Assembly (NCBI GenBank): GCA_963815355.1 | Contig: CAWFGJ010000004.1 | Coordinates: 39,098 to 103,097, forward strand | From: an uncultured Alphaproteobacteria bacterium | GTDB lineage: Bacteria; Pseudomonadota; Alphaproteobacteria; Rhodobacterales; Rhodobacteraceae | Length of the DNA stretch: 64,000 bases | Direction of reading: 5' to 3' | In this document: in pieces, positions 20,725 through 31,115 of the stretch | Position numbering within the stretch: position 1 is the first letter of the stretch | Layout: each line of letters begins with the position of its first letter | The notes under the pieces: model-generated | Database searches by the model: none | What the model saw: the letters and a program-made list of their open reading frames with translations, nothing else | Told to the model about the DNA's origin: nothing | Made by a program: the position numbers and the translations under genes

Positions 20725-21489
20725 ATGGCCTTCGTCCGATCCCTCACGCTCGCCGGGGCTGTGGCACTGAACTTCGCGACAGGCGCGCGGGCGGAAGAGG
20801 TTGTGGTCTTCGCCGCAGCCTCACTCAAGACTGCATTGGATGAATTAGCGACACAGTTTGAAGTCTCTACGGGCCATACAGTGACGATTTCATATGCTGG
20901 ATCAAACGCGCTGGCAAAACAGATCATCGAGGGCGCCCCAGCAGACATCTTCCTTTCCGCTGCCGTGAATTGGATGGACGAGGTGGAGCATTCGGGCCTG
21001 ATCGTCGACGGCACCCGCGCCAATCTTCTTGGCAATACGCTGGTTCTGGTCGCGCATGGCGCTGGGGCCGCCCCGGTCACTCTGGATCAGTCCTTGGATC
21101 TGAAGGCCATGCTGGGCGACGAAAAGCTCGCGATGGCGATGGTCGATTCTGTTCCGGCAGGTCAGTATGGCAAGGCCTCCCTCAAAAATCTGGGCCTTTG
21201 GGATGCGGTAGCGCCCTCGGTTGCGCAAACCGAAAATGTACGCGCGGCGCTGGCGCTGGTTTCATCGGGCGAAGCGCCGTTCGGTATTGTCTATGCCTCC
21301 GATGCTTTGGCGGATCCAAACGTGACCGTCATCGGCACCTTTCCACAAGACAGTCACCCCCCCATCGTGTACCCGGTCGCGTTGTTGACGGGCGCCGCTG
21401 ATCCCGCAGACAAATCGTTTCTAGCGGCACTCAGAAGCCCCGCTGCTGCGGTTCTGTTTGCCGCTCAAGGCTTTGACATCCTGAATTGA
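20725..21489 (+). CDS. modA: Molybdate ABC transporter periplasmic binding protein
   Basis: Signal peptide followed by VVVFAAASLKTALDEL. Adjacent to modB and modC. Confidence 0.88.
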   Translation: MAFVRSLTLAGAVALNFATGARAEEVVVFAAASLKTALDELATQFEVSTGHTVTISYAGSNALAKQIIEGAPADIFLSAAVNWMDEVEHSGLIVDGTRANLLGNTLVLVAHGAGAAPVTLDQSLDLKAMLGDEKLAMAMVDSVPAGQYGKASLKNLGLWDAVAPSVAQTENVRAALALVSSGEAPFGIVYASDALADPNVTVIGTFPQDSHPPIVYPVALLTGAADPADKSFLAALRSPAAAVLFAAQGFDILN

Positions 21490-21495
21490 GGGCGC

Positions 21496-22194
21496 ATGAC
21501 AGACTGGTTGACCCCTGACGAATGGCGCGCGGTGGCCTTGTCTTTGCGCGTCTCGGTCTGGGCGACGGTCTTGTCTTTGCCGTTCGGGGTGTTTGTCGCC
21601 TTTGTGCTGGCCCGATGGTCGTTTCGCGGTAAGCAGCTTTTGAATGGTCTGGTCCACCTGCCGCTGGTTCTGCCGCCTGTTGTGACGGGCTACCTGCTTT
21701 TGCTGACATTCGGAAAGCGTGGCTTGGTCGGTCAAGCGCTGGCGGATTGGTTCGGTCTTGTCTTTGCCTTTCGCTGGACGGGTGCGGCTCTCGCAGCTGC
21801 GGTGATGGCTTTTCCATTGATGGTCCGTGCGATCCGGCTTGCAATTGAAGCTGTGGATCCAAAACTGGAAGAGGCCGCCGCCACATTGGGGGCCTCGCGG
21901 ATCTGGGTCTTTGCGACAGTGACTCTCCCGCTAATTCTGCCGGGAGTGATTGCGGGCGCAATCCTCGCCTTCGCCAAAGCGATGGGAGAGTTCGGCGCAA
22001 CGATCACATTCGTTTCCAACATTCCGGGGCAGACCCAAACGCTGCCCTCGGCCATTTATGCCCTTCTTCAGGTCCCAGGCGGTGATGCACGCGCCCTGCG
22101 CCTTGTCGCCGTTTCAATCAGCATTGCGATGGCGGCACTTCTTATATCCGAATGGCTTGGTCGGGCTGTGGCCCGCCGGATTGGCGGTGCCTGA
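21496..22194 (+). CDS. modB: Molybdate ABC transporter permease
   Basis: Multi-TM permease with an EAA-loop region (EEAAATLGASRIWVF). Confidence 0.88.
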   Translation: MTDWLTPDEWRAVALSLRVSVWATVLSLPFGVFVAFVLARWSFRGKQLLNGLVHLPLVLPPVVTGYLLLLTFGKRGLVGQALADWFGLVFAFRWTGAALAAAVMAFPLMVRAIRLAIEAVDPKLEEAAATLGASRIWVFATVTLPLILPGVIAGAILAFAKAMGEFGATITFVSNIPGQTQTLPSAIYALLQVPGGDARALRLVAVSISIAMAALLISEWLGRAVARRIGGA

Positions 22195-23285
22195 TGCTGT
22201 CAGTCGATATCGAACACCACTTTCCGGGCCTGACGTTGCGCGCGCGCTTTGATGCGCCCTTGGGTGTGACGGCGCTTTTCGGCCGATCAGGCACCGGCAA
22301 AACAACATTGGTGAACGCGGTTGCCGGTCTTTTGCGGCCTGACAGGGGCCGCATCACGGTCGGTGGTCAAGTGATGATGGACAGCGATGCAAAGCTTTTC
22401 TTGCCGCCCAATCGCCGCCGAATGGGCTATGTCTTTCAAGAGGGTCGGCTGTTCCCGCATCTGACGGTTTCGCAAAATTTGCGCTATGGAGGTTGGTTCG
22501 CGCCCCAACCACCGCCGCCGTCCGAGATCTACCGCATCATTGATCTTCTGGGGATTGGCGCGCTGCTGGATCGACGCCCTGCCGCGCTCTCTGGCGGTGA
22601 AAAACAACGGGTTGCGCTTGGTCGGGCGATCCTGTCTCAACCCCGGCTTTTGCTGATGGATGAGCCCCTTGCCGCATTGGATGACGCCCGCAAGGCCGAG
22701 ATCCTTCCCTATCTTGAACGCCTGCGCGATGAGCTGCACTTGCCCATCCTTTATGTCAGCCACTCCATGGCCGAGATCGCCCGGTTGGCCACGACGGTGG
22801 TTTTGCTTGAACAGGGCCGGGTCACCGCGGCGGGTCCGGTTGCCGAGGTGCTTGCCGATCCAGCCCTCGCCGGTGGCTTTGGTTTGCGTGAGGCCGGGGC
22901 GATACTGACCGCCCGCGTCATCGGCCAAGAGGACGACGGCCTGACTAGGCTGCAAACGGCGGTAGGGCCGGTCTGGCTTCCCCGGCTGGACGCCCCGATC
23001 GGCGTAGAAATCCGGCTTCGGATCATGGCGCAGGATGTGATGCTGGCCTTGACCCGCCCTGAAGGCATCTCGGCGCTGAACATCCTGCCCGTAACCATCT
23101 GTGACCTTCGGATCGGCGACGGGCCGGGTGCGATGGTGCAATTGGCGCTTGGGCAGGACCGTCTCTTGGCCCGCATCACGCGCCGCTCGGCCGACCTTAT
23201 GGGCCTTTCTGTCGGGCGTCAGGTGTTTGCTGTGCTCAAGGCCGTTTCCGTCGCACCCGAAAGCATTGGCAGCCGTGAAGCCTGA
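22194..23285 (+). CDS. modC: Molybdate ABC transporter ATP-binding protein
   Basis: Walker A GRSGTGKTT, signature LSGGEKQRVALGRA and a C-terminal TOBE-like domain. The ATG overlaps the modB stop. Confidence 0.88.
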   Translation: MLSVDIEHHFPGLTLRARFDAPLGVTALFGRSGTGKTTLVNAVAGLLRPDRGRITVGGQVMMDSDAKLFLPPNRRRMGYVFQEGRLFPHLTVSQNLRYGGWFAPQPPPPSEIYRIIDLLGIGALLDRRPAALSGGEKQRVALGRAILSQPRLLLMDEPLAALDDARKAEILPYLERLRDELHLPILYVSHSMAEIARLATTVVLLEQGRVTAAGPVAEVLADPALAGGFGLREAGAILTARVIGQEDDGLTRLQTAVGPVWLPRLDAPIGVEIRLRIMAQDVMLALTRPEGISALNILPVTICDLRIGDGPGAMVQLALGQDRLLARITRRSADLMGLSVGRQVFAVLKAVSVAPESIGSREA

Positions 23286-23288
23286 TCC

Positions 23289-24398
23289 TTAGCGCACGAC
23301 CCGCCGAGGCAGAGACGGTGCCACGGGCGAAATAATCACGCGCGTGGCGCTTTGAACCGTCATGATAACGCCGGGTAGCAGGCCGACCCTTGCCACACGC
23401 TCCCGCTCAAAGGCACCTTCAACGTCGGTGATGCGCTCCAAAAGAGAAAGCAGCGCAGGCGAGTCGCCCATGGTGAAGTGCCCAGCCCCTTCCGCAAAGG
23501 CGCGCACGTCATAAAAAGTCACATCCAAGTCGGCGACCCTGGAGATATCCGTCAACGACCCCAGCCGCTCGGTCTGGCCGGTCATCTGCGCCGAAAGCTT
23601 TAAAACCCTGTCGCGGTCAGATCCAAAGATCACGAAGGGCTGCGGAAGCGTGCCCATCGCCTTGGCCTGCGCGCGGAAAACATCCACGTCAATATCGGGA
23701 GAAATCAGGATCACACCGGACACCCGCTTCAGCCCGTTAGAGTTGCCCCGGATCGCCGCTTGCCGCAACGTCTCCATCGTCAGGGCAGAACCCATTGAAT
23801 GTGCGACGACAAAAATCCGCTTGGCTCCGGCCTCTGCAACCTGATCCATCAGGTCCTCTAACCCGTCGCGCGCGAACAGTGCCGAATCCCGGTCGTAGAC
23901 ATACCCGAATGGGATCGCCGCCGAGGGCCATGAGTAATGGACAACCGTTCCGGGTAGGTTCAGATCGTGCGAAAACTGCGCAACCCGGTACAGGCCTTCG
24001 CTGAAATTGTTGTTATAGCCGTGGATGAAAATCACGGCCTCGCCGCCATGCTGCCGCAGCGACTCTTTCAGATCGGCGCGGAAGTTGGCGGGCTTGTCGT
24101 AGTGCTCTTCCTCGGTTGTCAGGAAGTCCCGCCGTGGGTCCGCCGCGCGCCATTTGGTTGGCCAGCTAATCTCGCCCAATTCGCGGTCTGGCGGCACGGA
24201 AATGTCATAGCGCCCAAAAGCAACCGCTTCCGAACGCTTGCTGCCATAGCCGTTTTCGGGGTCCGCCGCGCGTGTGGTCCCGACGAAAATCTCTTGGACA
24301 CTTCCGACGTTAGCGGCTGCAGGATCGACCGTCATATGCCCGCGCGCGGAACAGGACAGAACCAGTGTCAGCGAAAGCAAAAGGACAAAACGCTGCAC
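23289..24398 (-). CDS. Alpha/beta hydrolase, DUF900-like, probable lipoprotein
   Basis: IFIHGYNNNF and the nucleophile elbow VVAHSMGS. A GTG at 24398 lies 6 nt after AAGGAG. The resulting N terminus, VQRFVLLLSLTLVLSC, has a lipobox. Confidence 0.6.
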   Translation of the reverse strand: MQRFVLLLSLTLVLSCSARGHMTVDPAAANVGSVQEIFVGTTRAADPENGYGSKRSEAVAFGRYDISVPPDRELGEISWPTKWRAADPRRDFLTTEEEHYDKPANFRADLKESLRQHGGEAVIFIHGYNNNFSEGLYRVAQFSHDLNLPGTVVHYSWPSAAIPFGYVYDRDSALFARDGLEDLMDQVAEAGAKRIFVVAHSMGSALTMETLRQAAIRGNSNGLKRVSGVILISPDIDVDVFRAQAKAMGTLPQPFVIFGSDRDRVLKLSAQMTGQTERLGSLTDISRVADLDVTFYDVRAFAEGAGHFTMGDSPALLSLLERITDVEGAFERERVARVGLLPGVIMTVQSATRVIISPVAPSLPRRVVR

Positions 24399-24470
24399 GA
24401 TACTCTCCTTGATCCCGTCAAACGTCGCAGCCCCCGTCACGAAGGTCAAGGTAAGCCGCCGGTCTATTGA

Positions 24471-25769
24471 TCACAGAACGTAACGCGATATGTCGGTGGA
24501 ACGTGCCAGCGCGCCCAGATGCGCTTCTACATATGCGGCATCCACAGTGACCGCCTCGCCCGCCCGGTCTGGTGCCGTAAAGGAAAGCTCTTCGAACACC
24601 CGCTCCATAACCGTATAAAGGCGCCGCGCACCGATGTTTTCGACGGACTTGTTGACGTCGGCCGCGATCTTCGCCAAAGCCGCAATCCCGTCTTCGGTGA
24701 ACGTGACGGAAACCTCCTCTGTCGCCATCAGCCCGGCATACTGCAGGGTCAGCGCATTTTCGGTTTCGGTCAGGATCCGCACAAAATCGCCTTCGGTCAG
24801 CGGCGCAAGTTCTACCCGTATCGGCAGGCGGCCCTGAAGCTCTGGCAGCAGGTCGGACGGCTTGGCAATGTGGAATGCGCCCGAAGCAATGAACAGGATA
24901 TGGTCCGTTTTGATCGGACCGTGCTTGGTGGAAACGGTCGTGCCCTCAATAAGCGGCAATAGGTCACGCTGCACGCCTTCGCGCGAGACATCTGCCCCAC
25001 GCGCATCAGCGCGCGCGCAAATCTTGTCAATCTCATCCAGAAAAACGATGCCGCTTTCCTGCACGGCCTCTAGGGCGGCAGCCTTTACCGCGTCATCGTC
25101 CAAAAGCTTGTCGGCCTCTTGGCCAAGTAGCACGCCATAGCTCTCGGCGACGGTGATCTTCTTGCGCGTCGAACGCCCCCCAAACGCCTTGAACAGGTCC
25201 TGTAGCCCCTGCATCTGGCCTTCCATGCCCGGCGCTTGAGGGAACATCCCCATAGGCGAGGCGGTTTCTTGCACCTCAATCTCGATCACGGTGGAATCCA
25301 ATTCCCCCCGCCGCAACTTGCCGCGGAACAACTCTCGGGTTTGCTCGCGGGCGTCCTTGCCCGCAAGCGCCTCGATCACCCGGTCTTCCGCCGCAGCCTT
25401 GGCCCGCGCCGCCACATCTTCCCGCATCCGCTCGCGGGTCTCGATCATCGCGGCATCCACCAGATCGCGGATGATACTTTCAACATCGCGACCGACATAG
25501 CCAACCTCGGTGAACTTTGTCGCCTCAACCTTGATGAACGGCGCGCGTGCCAACTTGGCAAGACGGCGTGAGATTTCGGTTTTCCCAACACCCGTCGGGC
25601 CGATCATCAGGATATTCTTGGGATAGACCTCATCGCGCAAATCATCGGGCAACTGCTTGCGCCGCCACCGATTGCGCAGCGCCACTGCAACGGCCCGTTT
25701 GGCCTCTTTCTGGCCGATGATATGGCGGTCAAGCTCCGAGACGATCTCGCGGGGGGTTAGGTCAGTCAT
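24471..25769 (-). CDS. hslU: ATP-dependent protease ATPase subunit HslU
   Basis: Walker [11 protein letters not shown] and canonical HslU I-domain and C terminus. Confidence 0.97.
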   Translation of the reverse strand: MTDLTPREIVSELDRHIIGQKEAKRAVAVALRNRWRRKQLPDDLRDEVYPKNILMIGPTGVGKTEISRRLAKLARAPFIKVEATKFTEVGYVGRDVESIIRDLVDAAMIETRERMREDVAARAKAAAEDRVIEALAGKDAREQTRELFRGKLRRGELDSTVIEIEVQETASPMGMFPQAPGMEGQMQGLQDLFKAFGGRSTRKKITVAESYGVLLGQEADKLLDDDAVKAAALEAVQESGIVFLDEIDKICARADARGADVSREGVQRDLLPLIEGTTVSTKHGPIKTDHILFIASGAFHIAKPSDLLPELQGRLPIRVELAPLTEGDFVRILTETENALTLQYAGLMATEEVSVTFTEDGIAALAKIAADVNKSVENIGARRLYTVMERVFEELSFTAPDRAGEAVTVDAAYVEAHLGALARSTDISRYVL

Positions 25770-26323
25770 TTGCGGATAGTCTCCACAGTCAGATTTCCGT
25801 TGGTGTAAACGCAGATGTCGGCCGCGATCGCCATGGCGCGACGCGCGATGTCTTCGGCGGGCAGGTCGGTTGTCATTAAGCCGCGCGCAGCGGCCAGCGC
25901 AAAATTCCCGCCCGAGCCAATCGCGGCCACGTCATGCTCAGGCTCAAGAACATCGCCAGCGCCTGTGATCACATACAAATCGGCACCGTCCGTGACAATC
26001 AGCATGGCCTCAAGGTTGCGCAGGTATTTGTCCATCCGCCAATCTTTGGCCAGATCAACACAGGCCCGCGCCAACTGCCCGGGCGCAGCCTCAAGCTTTT
26101 TCTCCAGCCGCTCCAGCAACGTAAACGCATCAGCCGTTGATCCGGCAAAGCCCGCGACAACGGAATGTCCGCCGGGGTTCAGCCGACGCACCTTACGCGC
26201 CGTGCCCTTGATCACGGTTTGGCCGAGCGAGACTTGCCCGTCGCCTGCCACAACCACTTCCCCCCCGCGGCGCACGGCAAGTATCGTCGTGCCATGCCAG
26301 CCGGGAAACTTTTCATCAGCCAT
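25766..26323 (-). CDS. hslV: ATP-dependent protease subunit HslV
   Basis: [11 protein letters not shown] provides the N-terminal catalytic Thr region. The ATG at 26323 is preceded by GGAGG. Its stop overlaps the hslU start. Confidence 0.95.
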   Translation of the reverse strand: MADEKFPGWHGTTILAVRRGGEVVVAGDGQVSLGQTVIKGTARKVRRLNPGGHSVVAGFAGSTADAFTLLERLEKKLEAAPGQLARACVDLAKDWRMDKYLRNLEAMLIVTDGADLYVITGAGDVLEPEHDVAAIGSGGNFALAAARGLMTTDLPAEDIARRAMAIAADICVYTNGNLTVETIRK

Positions 26324-26461
26324 AGGTGCCTCCATCCGGTTTCTTCTATATGGTCCGCCGGGCGCATCGGCACAAGCAGGGGGACGGGGTTGGTAGAGCG
26401 GGTTCTGCATGTCTATCTCGGGCCCTCAGGTCGCGCGCTGGTAGAGACACGGCAACCGAGA

Positions 26462-27271
26462 ATGATAACCCGTGTCATAGAGGCCGTGGAAAGTGCCGGC
26501 TGGCAACTACGCCTGATGCCGGATGAAGACCGCACCGGGATACTTGGGCGTGACGGCTATCACCTTGTGATCAATCAAGAAGTCCCGGGGCCGCGCTGTG
26601 TGACCCTTCGCAAGGCTTATCTGGACCCGTTCTGGCGGCTGGAAACCACAAATGACCGTTGGGATTGGGGCGTCGCAAGCGCGCGCTTCGACGCAGCGGG
26701 CATCCCCGAAAAAGCGGTGCGTCAGTTTCAATCGTACTGGCGCAAGAAACTGTTCGGCGGCCACACCGTTTCTTCGGGTGGGGGCATCTTTGTGCCCCTG
26801 CAAGGCAAGCTGCTGACCAGGCGCCACTTTCAGGCCGCCAGCCCTGTCGAGATGCTAAGCATACTTCGCGCCAATTGGCCCGACACGCGCATTACCGCCA
26901 CATTCCACCCCGGTGAGATCTATTCCGCGGAAGAGCGCGCGGCGGTTACAGCTTTGGTCGACGTTTCAGATCAGCCCTCGATGGCGCTGCTGGCGGGCTG
27001 TGATCTTGTCGCGACGGAAAATTCGGGCATGGCGGTGAAAGGCTTCTTTGCCGACAAGCCAGCGCTGTTGTTTGCCCGGATCGACTTTCACCACATCGCC
27101 GCCAGCGTGCCGCGCGACGGCTTGGCCGTGGCGCTGGCAAATGCGGGCAAGCCAGCGCAATTCGACGCCTATTTGCACTGGTTTCTCAAGCAGCAGGCGC
27201 TCTTGCTTTGGGATGAAGCACTGCAAACCCGCATTTTAACTCGGTTGCGTGCGCTTGATTGGCCGATATGA
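26462..27271 (+). CDS. Conserved hypothetical protein (269 aa); weak resemblance to capsule-type KpsS/KpsC glycosyltransferase motifs
   Basis: An ATG at 26462 starts the product outside hslV. The only recognisable pattern is IFVPLQGKLL...ENSGMAVKG, which recalls the vLvPLQ...D motif of the capsule synthesis family. The assignment is speculative. Confidence 0.45.
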   Translation: MITRVIEAVESAGWQLRLMPDEDRTGILGRDGYHLVINQEVPGPRCVTLRKAYLDPFWRLETTNDRWDWGVASARFDAAGIPEKAVRQFQSYWRKKLFGGHTVSSGGGIFVPLQGKLLTRRHFQAASPVEMLSILRANWPDTRITATFHPGEIYSAEERAAVTALVDVSDQPSMALLAGCDLVATENSGMAVKGFFADKPALLFARIDFHHIAASVPRDGLAVALANAGKPAQFDAYLHWFLKQQALLLWDEALQTRILTRLRALDWPI

Positions 27272-27277
27272 ACCAAA

Positions 27278-27301
27278 AAGGGCGCCGCAATGGGCGCCCT
27301 T
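27278..27301. terminator. Bidirectional hairpin terminator between the hypothetical gene and trxA
   Basis: AAGGGCGCC-gcaatg-GGCGCCCTT. It is followed by TTTTTGG on the minus strand (downstream of trxA) and by CTTC on the plus strand. Confidence 0.65.
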
Positions 27302-27321
27302 CTTCGCAGAGTGACAGACGA

Positions 27322-27648
27322 TCAGATCGCCGATGCGATCCAGCTGGCCAGCGCGGCTTTCGGCGCAGCGCCAACTTTGTTGGACACGACCTGACCATTC
27401 TTGAACAGGAACAGCGAGGGAATTCCGCGCACACCCAAAACGGCCGGGCTATCGGGGTTTTCGTCCACGTTGATCTTCACGATCTTGACCTTGCCCGCGT
27501 ATTCGGCCGCCAGCTCTTCCAAAGCCGGGCCGATTTGGCGGCAAGGGCCACACCACTCCGCCCAGAAGTCTACAACGACCGGGATATCGGATTTGCGAAC
27601 TTCGGCATCGAAGGTTGCGTCGGTGACGGCAACGGTATTGGCACCCAT
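27322..27648 (-). CDS. trxA: Thioredoxin
   Basis: WCGPC active site. The product is 108 aa from the ATG at 27648, which is preceded by GGAGG. Confidence 0.95.
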   Translation of the reverse strand: MGANTVAVTDATFDAEVRKSDIPVVVDFWAEWCGPCRQIGPALEELAAEYAGKVKIVKINVDENPDSPAVLGVRGIPSLFLFKNGQVVSNKVGAAPKAALASWIASAI

Positions 27649-27722
27649 GGCGGGACCTCCTGAGGGAATGCGTAAGGACTGAAAGCTATGGATCGCGAGG
27701 GCCAACGTCAAGGGCTGCGAAC

Positions 27723-30700
27723 TCAAGCTATAGGGGCACGTGACAATGCCGCACTCACGATATCGGGATCAAGCGGCATGAATTGGCGATTTGCGGTCCA
27801 TAAGATTGCCGTCTCGATCCGCCGGTCCGGGTAGATTTGGCCCAGCGCCACGGCATAGGCACCCATCTGCCGCAGGATGCCTTCTGGCACATCGGCTGCT
27901 TTGGCCGGGACAACGGCGTTGGATTTGAAGTCCACCGCCAGAACCCGGTCATTTGTGACAAGGAGCCGGTCGATGCTCCCCAACATGACCCGTCCATTCA
28001 GCGGGGCAGTAATCGCGACTTCGGCAAGGGTTTCCGGCGCGAACAATGTGCAAAGCGAGGGGTCGGACAAAATCGCCTGCGCTTCGGCCAGCAGTTCGGC
28101 CGCCAGTGAGGCATCCGGCGTCAGCCGACCCGCCAAAATCTGCGGGTCAACCCCAGTGGGAAGGTGCTCCAAAAGCGCGTGAAGAATCGTGCCGCGTGCT
28201 TTCGCAGCCTCTACGCCAGCCTGCTCATCGGCCTCGGCAAGGCCAGACCACAACGCCTTGGCCCCGCCAAGCCCCGAGGGCGAGAGGGTTGGCAGCGGGG
28301 TTGGCACCGTGGGCGCCGCGCGCTCGATCCACTCAGGTAAGATGGCAGGAGCGGGAACCGGATTCGTTGTCGTGGCGCCCAACGGTTCAGGCCAATGTCC
28401 CACCTCAAATCGGCGGCGACCTGCCAGCCCGGGTCCCGCACCCACCGCGTCCATCCCGGCCTCAACTTGCCTATACCAAGCCCATTCCGTCGCCTCTTTC
28501 GGCACCGGCTTGGCCGAAGCGCCTCGCTCCAGCTTGGCATCACCAGCGCCTGCGACGATCAACCAACACCGTGCCCGCGTCATTGCGACATAGAGCAAGC
28601 GCAGACTTTCGTTTTCTGCCTCACGGCGCCGGTCTTCACGGCTTTCGGCGATTGCGGGGGGGCTTTCGTCTGCCGCCGTTTTCCAGACCGGAGCGCCGGA
28701 TGGCAGTCGGTAAATCTCGTGCCTGTCCCGTGTTTTGCGGTCCGTTGTGTCGGGCAGGATGACAACGGGCGCTTCCAGCCCCTTGGCGCCATGCACCGTC
28801 ATCACTCGAATGCGGCCGCCCTCGCTGTCCATCTGTCGCTTGACCTCGACTTCATCTGTTTCCAGCCAGATCAAAAAGCCCGTCAGGCTTGGCACGTCCT
28901 TTTGTTCATAGATCAGCGCTTGCGACAGAAACTCATCAATCCCGTCTTCGGCTTCGGAACCAAGCCGTGCGATCAGGCGGCGGCGGCCGTCATGTCTGGT
29001 CAGCGCGCGCTCCACCAGATCATATGGCCGAAGATAGTCCGATTGATCGCGCAGGTCGTGCAACAGCGCCATGGTCGGCGTGTCATCACGCCGCTCGCGC
29101 AATACCTCCCAAAGCGTGCCAGAACGGCCATGCGCGAGGCGAAACAGATCATCCTCTGACCACCCGCAAAGCGGCGAGCGCAGCAGTGCCGCCAGCGAAA
29201 GATCATCATTAGGGGTCGCAAGAAAGGACAAGAGCGCGGTTAAGTCCTTTACCGCCAACTCTGCCCCAAGCTTCAAGCGATCCGCCCCAGCGATCGGCAA
29301 GCCCGCCTGTTTGCAAGCGCGGATGATCTCGGAAAACAGGGTCGAGCGGCTTTGCACAAGGATCAACACATCCCCGGCGTGCAAGGCCCGGCACCCCTTG
29401 TCTGTCGGTATCTGCACACCCGCCGCGATCATCCCTGCGATCTCGGATGCGATCTGGCGGGCAAGCCGGGCGGTGTGGTGTGTCTCGGCGACGAGATCGA
29501 CCGGGTCCTCCCAGTTGCCCTCTTCTTGCGCGGGGCTCGCCTCAATCAAAGGCCACAGGTCAACGCGCCCCGGCAGATTGGCTTTGAAAGCGATGTGCAA
29601 CATCTGATCGCCCAATGCCTTGGGAAAGCGCCCCGCAAAGGTTGCATCAACCAGCCGCAAAATGGCCGCAGACGACCGGAAGGAGAATTCCAGCTGCAAC
29701 GACTGAAACCGCTGCCCCGCCGCGTCAAAATCGCGTCGAAAGCTTTCGTGCTTGTCATCAAATGCGGCAACATCTGCGCCCTGAAAAGAGTAGATCGACT
29801 GCTTTTTGTCGCCGACCACAAACAGAGTGCGCCCGCCGCTGCGGGTGCCTTCGCCAGCGGTAAACTCCGAGGTCAAAAGCTCGATTACACGCCATTGGTC
29901 GGGCGAGGTGTCTTGCGCCTCATCCACCAGAACATGGTCGATCCCGCCATCCAGCCGGAACAAGACCCACGCCGCCACCGAAGGATCGGTCAGCAACCCC
30001 TTGGCGCGGGTGATCAGATCGTCAAAATCCAGCCAACCGCGTGCCGCCTTGGCCGCGTCATAGAGCGGCAGAAACGTCGCAGCAAAGCGGTGCAGAAGCG
30101 CCGTCTTTTGCGCGGCCATCAAGGCTATGCGGCGCGGGCGCGCAGATTCCACCCGCCGCATCAGGTTTTCCAGAGGTTCCACCATCGCGGGATTTTGGGT
30201 TCGGATATCTTTGGTGGGCAGACTGCCGATTTTAGCCGCAAACGGAACTTTTGCCGAAGGCCCCGTCAGCAACAGGCCTTCCAGTCGCAAAAGCTCGGCC
30301 AGCCCGGGCGCGGCCATCGGCAACAGGGCCTGCAAAATCTCGCCGGTCTTAGAATCGGTCGGGCCACTTTTTGACAGCACCGGAACCAAAGCCGCGAAAA
30401 GATCCGCCTCGGCCCCCAAAAACACCTCAGCCAGCAGCCCGCCAAGTGTTTCCTCTTGCGGGACACCGAACAGAGTGCGGCACTGGGCTTCATCCATCGG
30501 TGGCGCGAACGCGGCACGGCGAGCGGCGACCTGTTCCAGAAGCGCACTGAAATCCTCACCCGTATAGGCACGGGCCAGCTCGGACATCAGCTCAGGTGCC
30601 CCAGAGTCCGACAGTTGTTCAACCAGCTCTTCCCGCAAAAGCCGGGCGGAACGGTCATCCAACTCGGTGAATCCGGGCGATACATCCGCCTCCAACGGAA

Positions 30701-31115
30701 AGCGCCGCAGCAGCGTTGCGCAAAAGCTGTGGATCGTCTGAATCCGCAGCCCCCCCGGTGTTTCCAGCGCGCGGGCAAACAGGCGGCGGGCGGCAGCAAG
30801 CGCGTCCGCGCCCAGCAACGCATCTTCTCCCAACTCTTGTAGATCAGCGCGCAAGTGCGCGTCGGGCTTCATCGCCCATTCACCCAAGCGCCGGAAAAGG
30901 CGGTTCTGCATCTCTGTCGCGGCGGCCTTGGTGTAGGTCAGGCACAAGATATGCTGCGGCTCCACCCCGTGCAGCAGCAGTCGCGCCACCCGGTCGGTCA
31001 GCACCCGTGTTTTGCCCGACCCCGCATTGGCCGACAGCCAAGTGCTGGCCTCCGGCTGTGCGGCTTCGACCTGCCGTTCGGTGGCGTCGTCGCGGGGAGG
31101 GGCGGCTTTTGTCAT
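27723..31115 (-). CDS. addA: Double-strand break repair helicase AddA
   Basis: UvrD-like Walker [13 protein letters not shown], helicase motifs and a C-terminal PD-(D/E)XK nuclease (VLAVDFKSN). The ATG overlaps the addB stop (ATGA). Confidence 0.9.
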   Translation of the reverse strand: MTKAAPPRDDATERQVEAAQPEASTWLSANAGSGKTRVLTDRVARLLLHGVEPQHILCLTYTKAAATEMQNRLFRRLGEWAMKPDAHLRADLQELGEDALLGADALAAARRLFARALETPGGLRIQTIHSFCATLLRRFPLEADVSPGFTELDDRSARLLREELVEQLSDSGAPELMSELARAYTGEDFSALLEQVAARRAAFAPPMDEAQCRTLFGVPQEETLGGLLAEVFLGAEADLFAALVPVLSKSGPTDSKTGEILQALLPMAAPGLAELLRLEGLLLTGPSAKVPFAAKIGSLPTKDIRTQNPAMVEPLENLMRRVESARPRRIALMAAQKTALLHRFAATFLPLYDAAKAARGWLDFDDLITRAKGLLTDPSVAAWVLFRLDGGIDHVLVDEAQDTSPDQWRVIELLTSEFTAGEGTRSGGRTLFVVGDKKQSIYSFQGADVAAFDDKHESFRRDFDAAGQRFQSLQLEFSFRSSAAILRLVDATFAGRFPKALGDQMLHIAFKANLPGRVDLWPLIEASPAQEEGNWEDPVDLVAETHHTARLARQIASEIAGMIAAGVQIPTDKGCRALHAGDVLILVQSRSTLFSEIIRACKQAGLPIAGADRLKLGAELAVKDLTALLSFLATPNDDLSLAALLRSPLCGWSEDDLFRLAHGRSGTLWEVLRERRDDTPTMALLHDLRDQSDYLRPYDLVERALTRHDGRRRLIARLGSEAEDGIDEFLSQALIYEQKDVPSLTGFLIWLETDEVEVKRQMDSEGGRIRVMTVHGAKGLEAPVVILPDTTDRKTRDRHEIYRLPSGAPVWKTAADESPPAIAESREDRRREAENESLRLLYVAMTRARCWLIVAGAGDAKLERGASAKPVPKEATEWAWYRQVEAGMDAVGAGPGLAGRRRFEVGHWPEPLGATTTNPVPAPAILPEWIERAAPTVPTPLPTLSPSGLGGAKALWSGLAEADEQAGVEAAKARGTILHALLEHLPTGVDPQILAGRLTPDASLAAELLAEAQAILSDPSLCTLFAPETLAEVAITAPLNGRVMLGSIDRLLVTNDRVLAVDFKSNAVVPAKAADVPEGILRQMGAYAVALGQIYPDRRIETAILWTANRQFMPLDPDIVSAALSRAPIA

